NCBI RefSeq assembly: GCF_044704955.1
Contig: NC_091979.1
Span: 319,052,001-319,116,000 of the forward strand
DNA length: 64,000 bases
Direction: 5' to 3'
From: Pristiophorus japonicus
Lineage: Eukaryota
Of the stretch, positions 13,181-25,264 are shown one piece after another. Under the pieces are notes generated by a model that did not search any database, was not told where the DNA came from, and saw nothing but the letters and a program-made list of their open reading frames with translations. The position numbers and the translations under genes are program-made. Position 1 is the stretch's first letter. Each line of letters starts with the position of its first letter.

Positions 13181-14108
13181 CATGTTCAGCTCTGCCGGCC
13201 GTCGATACAATTTTGTACACAGTACTTGCCGTGGAGTTCCTGTTTTGTCACGATATCTGCTTCGTGCTTTTCTGTGTGGACAGGCAAGCCTGAGCGATGG
13301 CGATGACCTTGCTGAGGTCCGGTGTCTCCGCAGCCAGCAGCTTATTTAAGATCATCTCGCGGTTGACCCTGATCATGAAAAAGTAACATAGCATGTCTTC
13401 CAACGCAGACCCAAATTTACAAGGCCTTGCAAGACATCTCAGGTTGGCAACAAATGCCGCTGTATCCTGGCCTTCTGGACGAATGTGCGTATAGAAGCGA
13501 TATCTGGATATGAGGATTCCTTCCGTGGGTTTAAGATGTTCCCGAACTAGAGCACACAGTTCTTTATAAACCTTTTCTGTGGGAAGAATGGATGAGAGCA
13601 GATTCTCGTAGGGCCACAGACGGTGAGAAGAACTGCCCTGCGCTTCTCTGCATCCCTGTCTTTGTTTAGATCGTTTGCCACGAAATACTGGTCAAGACGA
13701 TCCGTGAAATCGCCCCAATCCTCTCCCACTGTTGGAATCTCTCGAGAATTCCAACAGTATTCGATCGTGCTGTGCTCGCCATACTTTTGTTTGGGTTTGT
13801 ATTTGCCTCGTCGCCAGTTGTGGTGTATGAAATGACACAATGAACTCCATACTGTGAGCCAGTGACTAGGTGTAACCTGATCAGTCTTTAATGGCTTCCA
13901 GAAGTGAAGATACAAAGATGAAGTTCAGGTTATATACCAGACCCAGCACGAGTGTACCTTTGACCCTCGGACCAGATGACAGTGCCCCCTGGTGGTGGGC
14001 AGACCTTATGTGCATACATTACACAGATAATCTGTTTTCTTGCGATGTTAACTGAGGGATAAATATTGGTCAGGAGATCGGCGTGAGCTCCTCTGCTCTT
14101 CTTCGAAA

Positions 14109-15003
14109 TGAGTTCTAAAACCGAATGTATTTGGTTAGAATTGAGGAACAATGGAGGAGCGATTACCCTAAACTATAAACCACCAAATAGCAGGAAGGTG
14201 GTAAAGGAGCAAATTTTCAGGCAAATTGCAGAAAGGTGCAAGAACTATAGAGTAGTGATAATGGGGGACTTCCATTATCCTAATATAGAGTGCAAAAATA
14301 ACACTGTAATGGGCAAAGAGGAATTCCTGAAAAGAGTATGAGTGAAATGTTGCTTTGTTTCCAGCCCAATGAAGAAAAAAGAAGTCCTGGTTCTAATTCT
14401 GGAGAATAAAGTTGGACAAATGGAGCATGTTTCAGTGGAGGAGTATTTAGAGACCAGTGATCACAATATCATTAGGTACAATTATAAAAGGGGTGCAGAA
14501 ACAGGAAGACCTGGGTGTGTACGTACATCAGTGTTTGAAGGTGGTAGGACATGATGAGAAAGCTGTTAAAAAGGCATACAGGATGCTTGGCTTTCTAAAA
14601 AGAGGCAGAGATTACAAAGTCAAATCCTAAACCTTTCTAAAACACTGATAAATCTCCAGCTGGAGTATTGTGGCCAATTTTGGGCACCACACATTAGAAT
14701 GGATGTCAAGGTCTGAGAGAGAGTGTAGATGAGATTTACTGGAATGGTACTAGGGATGAAAGAGTTCAGTTACAAGGAGAGACTAGAGAAACTGGGGGTG
14801 TTCTCCTTAGAGCAAAGAAGGTTAAGAGGAGATTTGATAGAGGTGTTCAAAATCATGAACAGTTCTGATAGCGTAAATAGGGAGAAATATTTTCCAGTGG
14901 CAGAAGGTTCAGTAACCAGAGGACACAGATTTAAGGGAATTGGCAAAGGAATCAGAGGCGACATGAGAAGATTTTTTTTTAAACGATGAGTTGTGACCTG
15001 GAA
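14109..15003 (+). mobile_element. Old, internally deleted CR1 ORF2 remnant
   Basis: ECIWLEL, IMGDFHYP, SDHNII (APE) joined to LEQRRLRGDLIEVFKIM. Confidence 0.8.
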
Positions 15004-15153
15004 TGCACACCTCTGACAGTACAGCACTGAAGTATCAGCTTAGATTTGGTGCTCAAGTCTCAGGAGTGGGACTTAAACCGACAGCTATCTGACTCAGAAA
15101 CGACAGAGCTAGCACTGAGTCATGGCTGACACAGGCACTAGTTCAATGGAATG

Positions 15154-18100
15154 AGTTAGCACGAATGTTTCCCAGAAAGAATCACTCGACACTCTGGGTC
15201 GGTTCCAACATCAAAACAGCCTTTATTACGCTGGCGGGGAGAAAGCCTCTGGGTTACACCAGGCACTACTCTCCGCTGAACAAAGAAATTCATCGATACT
15301 TATACATTTAACAACACTTGGTTACAATTACTCAACCCATCTTGGCTGGACACAATCCAATCACAACGATTATAGATTCTCTTGGGCCAAAGGAATTGAC
15401 CCCGAAGCATCAAGGGGCTACATGTCTTTGCTAAGAATTTCTCATGGTCTCGTGATGTGATCAGGCCCACCCTTATCTCTACTGTCCTTGGGTTCTGCCT
15501 GAGCTTATCTTTCTTATCTTAATCCAATTACAGAGTTCCATTCTGTCCCATTGGGCAGTGACATCTGGTCTGGGCTTCGGAATGTGCTGATTTGGACTTA
15601 ATTGTGTGCGCCTGTGTGAGAAACACAGTTGTATCAGTTACCTAGGAATGTGGTCAAATCAGCCAGTTGAGTTCCCCTGATGCTTTGCAAAATCTCTGGC
15701 AGCCATTTTATATCTAACAGCCATTTTATACACACGTACATACATATGCCCTTCAGGTGCCTTTGCCTTTGGAAGCGCCCGACAACAATTGCCCCCTTTC
15801 GGTAAGGGAATAGTCCTAGTCCCCTTTAACCGACAACATTGGTTATAATTTATTACCCCATTTATATCTTTGCGTACCACCCGGTACTCCCTGCCTTAAC
15901 ATGCTGGCCAGTCACGTGGTTTCAGGAGTTCCGGTTGCTTATATCAAATTGATATTGTTCAAATTCTCCTGTCCCTCTGCTGGACAGATCTCCCTATGTA
16001 CTTGAACCCTGGTCTGATTCTCCTACGTCGTGCATAATGCCTGCAGGTCCGACAGACCATAACACCCCATGTCAGTGCTTTGACCAGCTGTATCCCTACC
16101 AGTATGTGTGATATTATTCAAATCCACGGGTGGATGTTTACGTTCATCCCCCAGTCCCAGACCCTCCTCCGCCAACTCTGGTTTTGTAACTCTTGGTCAG
16201 TATTCTTCTCCAGTGTCTTTGTCTGTAGTTGGTGGTAGAGTCTGACAGACTGGCCTACTCTGAGTCTTAGCTCCCTTAGTACCTCAGCTAAATTTGGGAT
16301 AGGGGCCTGCTCTGGCTCATCATAATCCTGCAGGTGATCGTGGATTTGATTGGTGGAGTTAATGATTTCGGTGCCCTGGCGTCTAACCTGGATAATGCGG
16401 GCTTGTCCTATTGTGACGGGTCGTAGGGGTGTGAAGCAAAAGTTTGGTTGCGGGATCTGGCATTGTAAGTCATTGTACTGGTATGAACATACCGTGGCAG
16501 AGACACAGTATCTCCCTTTGCCCCTGTAACCTGCTCTGGCAAAATGAGTGGGGGCAGGTACTATTTCTAATACACATCCATTGGTTCATTTAAATCCACA
16601 CTCGTCTCGTTCTCCTTGTCCCACCGGGTGAGGGCACACCGTAATGTCAACCGTCTGCTTGCATTCCGTCAGGAAGATCCCATAGAGTGTGTTGTCTCTG
16701 CAGATAGCAGAGGTTGCGGTCAGATAGTAATGGAGGGAGGTGTTTTCCCGTATGATCCCGATATTCTCCAGTTGATAAAGGGGAAACGGTCATGAGTCTT
16801 GTGTGACTATTCCCACTCCGGCAGCTTTACCCATTGGGCAGTTTGGGATCACTGGGAATACTCTGGTTAGTCCCTTCAGAGTGCAATTATCCAGTGTCCC
16901 CTTCAGTTTGGCCAACTGAGCCAGATGTGGGCTGTCAATCCAGTCTGGCACTTCCCCCCTTTGGATCTGATCAAGGTTGTGTTGTATCTGTTAGCTTGAT
17001 CTTCCTGATTCTGCTCTGCCCATTCTAATAGTCCTTTCATCACCCCTTTAAATTGTTCCACCTTTTCGTTTGGCCCTTGTATATCCAGTGAGTTTACGAT
17101 GGAGGTTCCGATGTTAAAACCGGTAGCAGCATCATTAACTATTTCTCTCTTAGTCCTATGAAGTGGCTCCTGTCCTCGGAATCTACTGGCACCCATGGCA
17201 TCAACAGCCTGCTGCATTACAACTTTACTCAGCACACCATACATATTTCTTGCCTGTTCTGTACAATATTCCGCCATTCGTATGCCTGAGATATTGATCA
17301 GAACAGGCACAATTTCATACTTAACATTATGCATTAAAATAAGTTCTGTCCTTGCTCCAGTCCTTGGCTGCTGGGATGCATATTCCGTCAGTTAAATTAA
17401 ACAAAGCCCCATTGTTCATGTAGTGGTGTCTTTCCTGCGTGTGCTGTATCTCTCGTAGTCCGTCTGTATTACCCAGTGCTTGCGTGGGCCTTAAGGTTCC
17501 CAGTATCATGAGTCTCCAGAGTTGAAGTAGCCACTGCAGTCCCATCTGGGTGAGCGTTATATCTGCAAATTTTAAACAGATAGCCTGGTCGTCACCAGGT
17601 GTTAGGTTATGGTCTACTCATCTTTTATCCATGCATGTAGAGGTCACTCGACTCCGCACTCGTTATCCCAGTCTGGTTTACTGTTAGGTTGGGTTTGTGG
17701 TCTACACTTACCCACCGTGGGGTACATTGGCCCTATCGCCATAGGTGCTGGTGCTATGGCTGTGCACTGCACTATCCGTCTGGACCCATTTAAAAAAAAA
17801 AATCTCTTCCAGCTTATTTTAGCTTTAACTCCTGAATTTGTTTTGTTTGAGTATCTATTTATTTTATCTGTATCAGGTGAGTATTATTACATAGGCTAGT
17901 TCTGTTTTATTTTTTATTCTGACTATCCCACCATTTCCTCTGTCTGTCAGGTGAGTCTTCTTTATTTTATTAGGAAATCCAAATTAATGAGGTCCAGTGT
18001 AAAACAGTTGTCAATGGAAAGGGTTAACTCCTTTACAGGTTTGTAAGAAGGCCTGATGTCATTACGTAATCATCCAAAAACATTTTTTTCAAGTCTTTGT

Positions 18101-21100
18101 GCCTTCAATACTTGCTGAGAAATTAGCAATCTGTTAAAACAGAAGAAATAATTAGTAAAGCCGTCATAATAAAAATCTTCTCATCGGGAAAGACGGCATT
18201 TTAGATTAAACTCCAATTTTTTCTAAACTCCTAATTCAAATACTTGCCAAAGATTTTTTTTAATTGATTTAAAACGAGACCACACATTTTTAATAGCCAT
18301 TTTGTTTACTGAAATCCAATTTTCACACAAGCTGTATACATTCCAACATTTTGGTTTTTTTTATGGTCCCGTTCACTGGGCAAATCTTGTGTTTTATTTC
18401 TCTCTCGGCACAAAATCTAAACTTCCGTGCCAGTTCCATTTTCCATAAGAATTTTAAAATTCAGTAAGATTTTCTAATTCCCAGCTTTTTCTTTCTGTGC
18501 TGAGTTCACATAGCTTAGCTCTTTTCTCCTTGTTATTTTCAAAACCCTCCTGCTTGTTTAGACTGTTCAGGACTTTTCTTGATAAACAACGTCCATTTTG
18601 GAAATCTTTTCAAACTGCAGTGAAACGTTCTCGTAATTTAAAATCATTATCAATGGAGAATGTCTTTTACCTCTTCAAATTCTTTTTTTTCCTTTTCCCA
18701 ATTAAATCAATATCTGTTTCACAGCCAATATCAACTAGTATTTAATAAGTTACATCTTTTTCCATTTAAATCTCCTTTCTTCAAATTAGGTTTTGTATTT
18801 TACACGGAGGGCTTGTGTCTCCGTAAATTTGTTAATTTAAAATCATAAGACAATCGAAAACACTTTTTTCCAAATTTGTTCAATTTGTTTGCTTTTAAGG
18901 TTGCGTCTTTATCTTTTTCGTCCTTTCCATTATCTCAAATGTTCAAGTTTCAAGGTCCTTTGCTCTAAACTGCTAAAGCCTGTTGTTTTAACATTTTAAT
19001 TTTCCCAAAGTCCCTTTTACACTTTCGCAGATAGCTCACCACTTGCCCAGGAGTTTGACCTGATCCCTGAGGTATTTCTAGATTGTTCCCAAACCCTTTA
19101 GTTTTATTTCTTTTTTTAAAAGAGATCAGATTTAACTTTTTATTTTAAATGTATCGCATTTTGTTGTGCCTTTTCTTAACCAGTGGTACTTGAAACCTTC
19201 ACAACAAAATTAACTCTTCACTGTTCCCATCCTAATTTCTGCTCCCCTTTTGTAGAATTTGTATTTATTGTTGAATTACAAAATGTCAAATATGGTAATA
19301 CTGTTTTTTTTAATATGTGCCGAACTTCTGTTTTAGAAGCTGATCAAAAACTTTAATCTTTTGCTCTGTAACTTCAATTTTGTGATACTGTATCTCATAA
19401 ATTACATCTTTTTTAAGCTTCAGCTTCTGACACAGTATGTGTACTTTTATTAAAAAGGCTTCCAAACCCAAGATTTTCCAATACAACCAAAATGTTTATC
19501 AAGGAGAATCACCTGAAATATCTCAAAATCCCAATTCAAATATTGTACTGCCAATCTTTTATTTAAAAATCTCTTTACTGAGCTAGAAGCTTTCGTGTCA
19601 AGGTTTTACACAAAGGAAAATGGGGGCGTACTTCCCCAGCCCACAGCCTGGAGAGACCCACACAGGCTTTAAAAAAAAGGAATTACAGCTTCCCTTTTCC
19701 GTTCTTTATCTCATTCCTAGACTAAATTTATTGTCTTTCAACCCAATGTAATCAATGATTGCATGTTTTCTTTTGACAAGTAAGTGAGCGTGTCAAATCT
19801 TTTTGTAAACCAATGGGACCATGTATTTTTTATCTTTTGCTCAACAACCCTATCCTTTGTGCATTTCCTAGCTCCATAACATATCATCTGAATAAATCCA
19901 CACCTGCGTTTCTAACTTAAAATGTAATTCAATTCTAGGTTCACACTTTCTTAAAACTTCCCACATACTGGACAACACTGCAAAGGGTGAAAAAAAACTT
20001 TCACTCTGTCTGAAAAAGTGGGTGGAGCTAAAACAAACAGACAGCTCGACCACTTTCCTAAACAGGCTTTCAGACACATGAAACATTCATTAATTCCCAC
20101 CTCAAATATTTCGCAGTCAAAAATAACACAAACACTCTCATTCAAAGACAGACATTCACAAAAGCCTCTCTTTATTCAACAAAGCTTATTGTTTGGCCAG
20201 TTCTATTTTTGGATCCATACATCATTTAAGATAGTCACTATCAGGTTTTTTTATGGCATTATGTAATTACGCAAGTTATAATTAATACATGATTGATTTA
20301 CTTTCTCTGTTAATTTTACGTGGGCTCAACGAATCAGAACCCAGGCCTTTTCAATTACTTTCTTTTGTTTCTCCGTCAGGTGGCGGGTAAGGGACCTTTC
20401 TGGCCCCCACTCGAGTTTTGTTGGTTTACTGACCATGTCTGGGTAGGACTAGAACTGTTAGGAATCTACTCTGAGGTCCGCTTTCAGCTAACGCGACTTG
20501 TAGTAGGCCGTCTCTTGGCTTACTGCCGGGTCACAAGTCAGTGATAATTTTTTACAGCAGGCTTATAATACAATCCTTAAATACTTTAAGCAATTCCTGA
20601 CAGCGCTCTACGTCTCCTTAACGAAATACCTTGCACCATTTTGCCTATTGGTCCGATCCTGTTCACAGACTTGATTTTCGTTGGTCGCTGTGCACCACCT
20701 GGTCCCCGGGGTATATTTCAAATTACACTACTGGGCCCAGGAGGCCCAGGAGATGTCGCTCGGTATCACGATCCCACGGTCTAAGTGTGTTCCCTATGCC
20801 TATTTAATCCTGGCCGTCACGTGGGAACAAGTCCTCTTAATTCGGGCTCAGGCTAGGCGTTTGAGGTATTAGACCGTCTCCTCGTGTCGATCAACCGATG
20901 TCCACCTTCAGCACCCTTTCTTATTTTTGTTTTAATCTATACTCACCCGGTTCTTCCAAGCGTGTCCAGCGACTTCCGAATCCTGTTTGTGACACCACTG
21001 TTAGCGCAAATATTTCCCAGGAAGAATCACTCGACACTCTGGGTCGGTTCCAACATCAAAACAGCCTTTATTACGCTGGCAGGGAGAAAGCCTCTGGGTT

Positions 21101-21382
21101 ACAGCAGGCACTGCTCTCTGCTGAACAAAGACATTCATCGATACTTATACGTTTTACAATACTAGGTTACAATTACTCAACCCATCTTGGCTGGACACAA
21201 TCCAATCACAACGATTATAGATTACATGACAGGTTTCTTTTAGGCCAATGGAATTGACCCCTAAGCATCAAGGGGCTACATGTTTTTGCTAAGAATTTCT
21301 CATGGTCTCGTGATGTGGTCAGGCACACACGTACATACATCTGCCCTGCAGGTGCCTTTGCCTTTGGAAGCGCCCGACAACA
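15154..21382 (-). mobile_element. Env-bearing, pol-less endogenous retrovirus (lokiretrovirus-like)
   Basis: 3' LTR 15154-15787 and 5' LTR 20999-21382; TSD GAATG at 15149-15153 and 21383-21387; PBS-like TGGTGTCACAAACAGGAT (20997-20980); PPT GAAAGGGGG before the 3' LTR; env at 15959-17545. Confidence 0.9.
15959..17545 (-). pseudogene. env: env: class I fusion glycoprotein with paramyxovirus-F-like layout, disrupted
   Basis: Signal peptide MGLQWLLQLWRLMILG; furin site RTKR followed by fusion peptide EIVNDAATGFNIGTSIVNSLDI; heptad region; Cys-rich segment (ECKQTVDITVC..ECGF..GCVLE..GKGRYCV..NFCF); Trp-rich stretch, TM segment and basic tail; 2 frameshifts and 3 TGA stops. Confidence 0.85.
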
Positions 21383-21389
21383 GAATGAG

Positions 21390-21670
21390 TATAGTTTCCC
21401 CAATGATTCATCTGGTTAAAGCAGTGAGTAGCTCAGCCATGTAAGCAGAAAGATCCCAGGATCCGATTCTGGATCCCTGCTGGATGCAAGTTCCCCAGTA
21501 TCAGCGGCTTGAGCCTTTGATGCTCTTGTGCCTATTTTCAGGGAGGCTGCGAGCCTGGTTGGTGGGGAGGGGCAATGGGGATTGTGGTGTTAAGGTGCAC
21601 CGTGACGGTATGGGACAGGCTCCATGGTCCAGCTGGTCTTTTCCTGTCTGTTGTTTTTGTTGTTTGTGTG
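21390..21670 (+). mobile_element. LF-SINE-like ancient SINE
   Basis: tRNA-like head (ctcagccat...gatcccaggatccgattctgg) and 3' end gggacaggctccatggtccagctggtcttttcctgtc, resembling the LF-SINE consensus as recalled. Confidence 0.5.
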
Positions 21671-21828
21671 GTTCAGCTTCTGGTTGTTATTTGAGCTGTC
21701 AGCTTTTTTAGCGCTGTTTAATAACTTTCCTGAGTTCCTCGGTTGGCCAGTGTGTAATCATTTCCCCATCACCATTCCTATCTGAATGTGTGACAAAACT
21801 AATAAATATTTAAACATATTTCTTACAG

Positions 21829-23257
21829 TGACACTGAAAGGGACGCCCTGAAAGTGAAATTACTTCAGCTACAATGTCACTTCACGTGGAATCTGCAGAT
21901 GGAAAATGTTGAGTGGGATGATTTGCAGGAACGACTAAACTATATAATAGAGTCTGATATTGTGAAATATCAAGCTATGACTTACAATCTACTTGCTTTT
22001 GTAAACTGTACGAGAGGCAACTGTGAGAAGTCGGTCAATAATTTATGGAAAGCTGAAGAAATTCTGAGGAAAAATCACAAATTTGAAATAGAAAAATGGA
22101 GCATCATCACCTATGGAAACTCTGCCTGGGTATATTATCATGTGGGAGAACTGGCAGAGGCCCAGTCCTACCTCGACGAGCTGGAGAGGATCTGTCAACA
22201 ATTTACTGATGGCTCTCAGTATACAGCACTGATACCTGAAGTATACGGGGAGAAGGGTTGGTCACTGTTGAAATGTGGCAGGAAATATTATGAAGAGGCA
22301 AATGAATGTATTGAGAAGGCTCTGGAGGGGGATCCTGATGACATTGAATGGAACGCAGCTTATGCAACTGTTGTGTTTCGACTTAAAGAAACCTTTGAAG
22401 ACCCACAGCGTCCTGAACACTGCAAGGTAGTGAAGCAGTTACGCCGCGCATTAGCACTGAACCCAAATGACTCGTTTGTCAAGATCATGTTGGCTCTGAG
22501 ACTACAGGATTTCAATCAACCAGACGAATGTTACAGATTACTTGAAGAAGTGCTGCTGGAGTCTCCTGATGATCCATATATAACTCAATATGCAGCCAAA
22601 GCTTTAAGAAAACAAGGATCTGTTGAATATTCCTTACAGCTATTGAAAAAGGCACTGAAGGTTAAATCCTCTTCTGCACTTCTTCACCATGAGATCGGCT
22701 TATGTTACAAAGCTCAGCTGAAACCTCACCGGAAATACTTTGCTCGTGCAGACAGCAGAAAATTGATTGAACTTTGCAAGTACCATTTCCAAAAAGCGTA
22801 TGAACAGAAACCCTCGCTTACTTTTGCAATACTTCATTTGGCGGAACTCCACGCAATATGTGGAGAATATTTCAAAGCCGATGATATCTACACCAACCTG
22901 CTTAGAAATAAAGATTACAGCCCTTTGAATAAACAATTAATACATTGGGACTATGGATTGTACCAGCTGTATAAGAAAGGATCCCAGCTGAATGCCATTC
23001 ATCATTTCAAGGAATGCTTAAAACTCAAAGTTAACACCAACAAGAATGAGGAATGCCGCGCAAAATTGAAACGTATTGCTGAAGATCGAATGAGTAAAGA
23101 TTCAAGAGACAGTGTAGCTTTTGGTATATTGGGACTAATACACCAGATTGATGGCAAGAAATCAGAAGCCATTGAATACTTTGAGAATGCCCTGGAGTGT
23201 GATCGTGACAATGAAGAATTTCAAAGTGCTCTATGTAAGCTGCGTCAGGTTACATAG
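21829..23257 (+). CDS. IFIT: Interferon-induced protein with tetratricopeptide repeats (IFIT5/IFIT1-like), exon 2; full protein 477 aa
   Basis: Uninterrupted ORF with IFIT hallmarks CHFTW, YNLLAF, TYGNSAWVYYH, EKGWSLLK, LHHEIGLCY, AIHHF and C-terminal SALCKLR; acceptor tttcttacag at 21828. Confidence 0.96.
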
Positions 23258-23825
23258 GGCAATGTAGGGGAGAGATTATAGAGAACATGGTTGGAATGTG
23301 GGAGGAAATGGATTGCAATGTAGGGGAGAGGGAAGTGTGGGGTCAAATCTGGTTTGCAGAGCGCTCAGGGTTTGTTGAATCCCCTGAGTATTTTCCAAAC
23401 CTATCTAACCTTAATTTCAATGTTTAGGGAGTTGAGATTCTGCTCTCCACATTCTCTAACATTTAAATGTATAACTTTTGGCAGACAGCTCTGACCGTGT
23501 TGTTTCCTGACATGTACAGAGCTCTCGCCAAAACAGGCCAGTTACAGCCAGGCCGTCGACAAGCAATTTATACTGGGTTCTGTTGACTGTAACTTGATTC
23601 AGTTTAAAGGCACTCAAAGTGTCAACAGTCTGGCTGGAATGCTTTAACCTGCACTGACTGCCTGTAGCCCTGGAACTCCGAGACACCAAATGCTAGCTTG
23701 GGGCCAAAACTGAATTTGCACATTTACTCAACAGTCAAATGTTTAATCAGCAAACTGTTCAAACTATACAACATGCAAATAGTTGGCGATTCAGATTAAC
23801 CTGATTCGGTAAAGAAACAAATAAC

Positions 23826-25231
23826 GGTCTGGAATTTGCCGTCATTTCACCTTTGACACTGACCGTAACTTCAGGATCGAGCGCGTGTGCAACCTAACCT
23901 TGCAATCCCACAGTTGTGGTCAGTCATTGACTGCCTCGATACTGGCTGTGCTATGGAACCCCCACTGCCTCCCAACCCTTCTCCACAGCCGGCAATCAGT
24001 GTAAGCTGTCAAATTATGGAAACTGATGAAAACTTTGGCCCTTCCATGGTAATACCACTGTTAAATACTCCATTAAAGGTTAGGTCCTTTTGGATTAGGT
24101 GTAATTGGGGTTTTAACAATATATTGACTGCTGAACAAAGGCTATGGCCCTGAAATACTCATTTTAAGTTTCTGGAGTGTCAAATGTATCTACTTTAATA
24201 AAAATTGACATTTTTAAGAAATATTAAAAACAACTGATTTTGTAAAAATATCCATCTTTATTTCAGGATTTCCTTTTCCCCATGTCAGGGCTCCAATCTT
24301 TGTTTTGTTCTCTCTAACATTTTCAAAACATTAGAATCAAAAGGCCTGAACTTGGTCAAAGCCAAGGCCCGGCCAAGTGCCGCCCAAAGCACTGCCGATG
24401 GCCGCCGAGAGACCGGGCGGTACTTTGCCGGGAAGAGCCCTCAAAAAGAGATGGCAGTCCCGCCCGGCAGCAAAATGACAGCTTGTACCATCACTCTGGG
24501 CGGCAGCAGGCGGGAGCTCTCAATCTCAGCAGCAGATGCTATCCTCGCCCAAGTGCCGCCGAGGATTGAGTTGGGTCCAGGGAGGGGGGAAACACTGATA
24601 AATAAAAATAATCACAAAAAAAAAATACGCCCGTAGCACCTTCAGGGGACCCCATTCAGTTAAAACACTGAAAGAAAGAAAATTAAAACATGTTCACGAA
24701 CCGTTTTTTTGCAGGTCTTCGTACTTACCATCAGGGTTAGACCTGCCTCCACGGAACGGTCCTTCGCCCTGTTGCTGCTGACTCCCACCCTCAGCAATAT
24801 GGCAGCTTAGCGAGCGGGAGGTTACTTACGCGACTTGGCCGCCAGTGGCTGCCAGCAGGCGGTTCCCAGCGGTATTCCCCTCCCGCCGGCATCAGACCAA
24901 GAGGGATCTGTCACCTGAGGGGAGAGCGGAGAATAAAATCGGCAACAGTCGGTGGCACTGGGCGGTAAGGCCACCAATTTTGGGGCCAAAGGAACTTACC
25001 CATCTCCTGGTTCACTGTCTGTGACAATTCTGTGTTTACATTGGCTGCTTAGACAGCTTGTTGAGCTCACAGCAGCTCTCCGCTGGGAATCCCCATTAAC
25101 TTCCGTTATTTCAATGACGCCTCGGAAAAGCTGAAATGGTCCCCACAGAGATCACAAGCTTTTTGTGCGAAGATTACTTTGGGACCAGCAGCAAACGCCT
25201 TTGCTTCGCCACTGACCGCAAACTACAAGCC
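23826..25231. mobile_element. Nested non-autonomous TIR elements (Harbinger-like); inner element ~24342-24988
   Basis: Imperfect TIRs: ggtctggaatttgccgtca / tgaccgcaaactacaagccc (outer) and ggcctgaacttggt / accaattttggggcc (inner). Confidence 0.5.
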
Positions 25232-25264
25232 ATTGAGTTGTATTGATACAGTACATTTCACAAT

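Larger units (their letters stand above)
8610..14023 (-). mobile_element. Full-length defective Ty3/Gypsy LTR retrotransposon
   Basis: LTRs 8610-8816 and 13819-14023; TSD CAGAG/CAGAT; PBS TGGCGACGAG; PPT next to 8817; gag zinc knuckles, protease MELDTGA, RT VFQDNILV, RNase H, integrase IHIDFAGP/VSDNG. Confidence 0.95.
8447..15131 (-). mobile_element. SacSINE1-like SINE fragments (8447-8609, 14024-14108, ~15003-15131) split by later insertions
   Basis: The SINE sequence tgaccaga|...|cagataatctgtttt rejoins across the Gypsy element; head ...gactcagaaacgacagagctagcactgagtcatggctgacac. Confidence 0.6.

Noticed and set aside
365-21480. tRNA genes at 365 and 21390
   Set aside because: Degenerate SINE heads continuing into SINE bodies; no cloverleaf.
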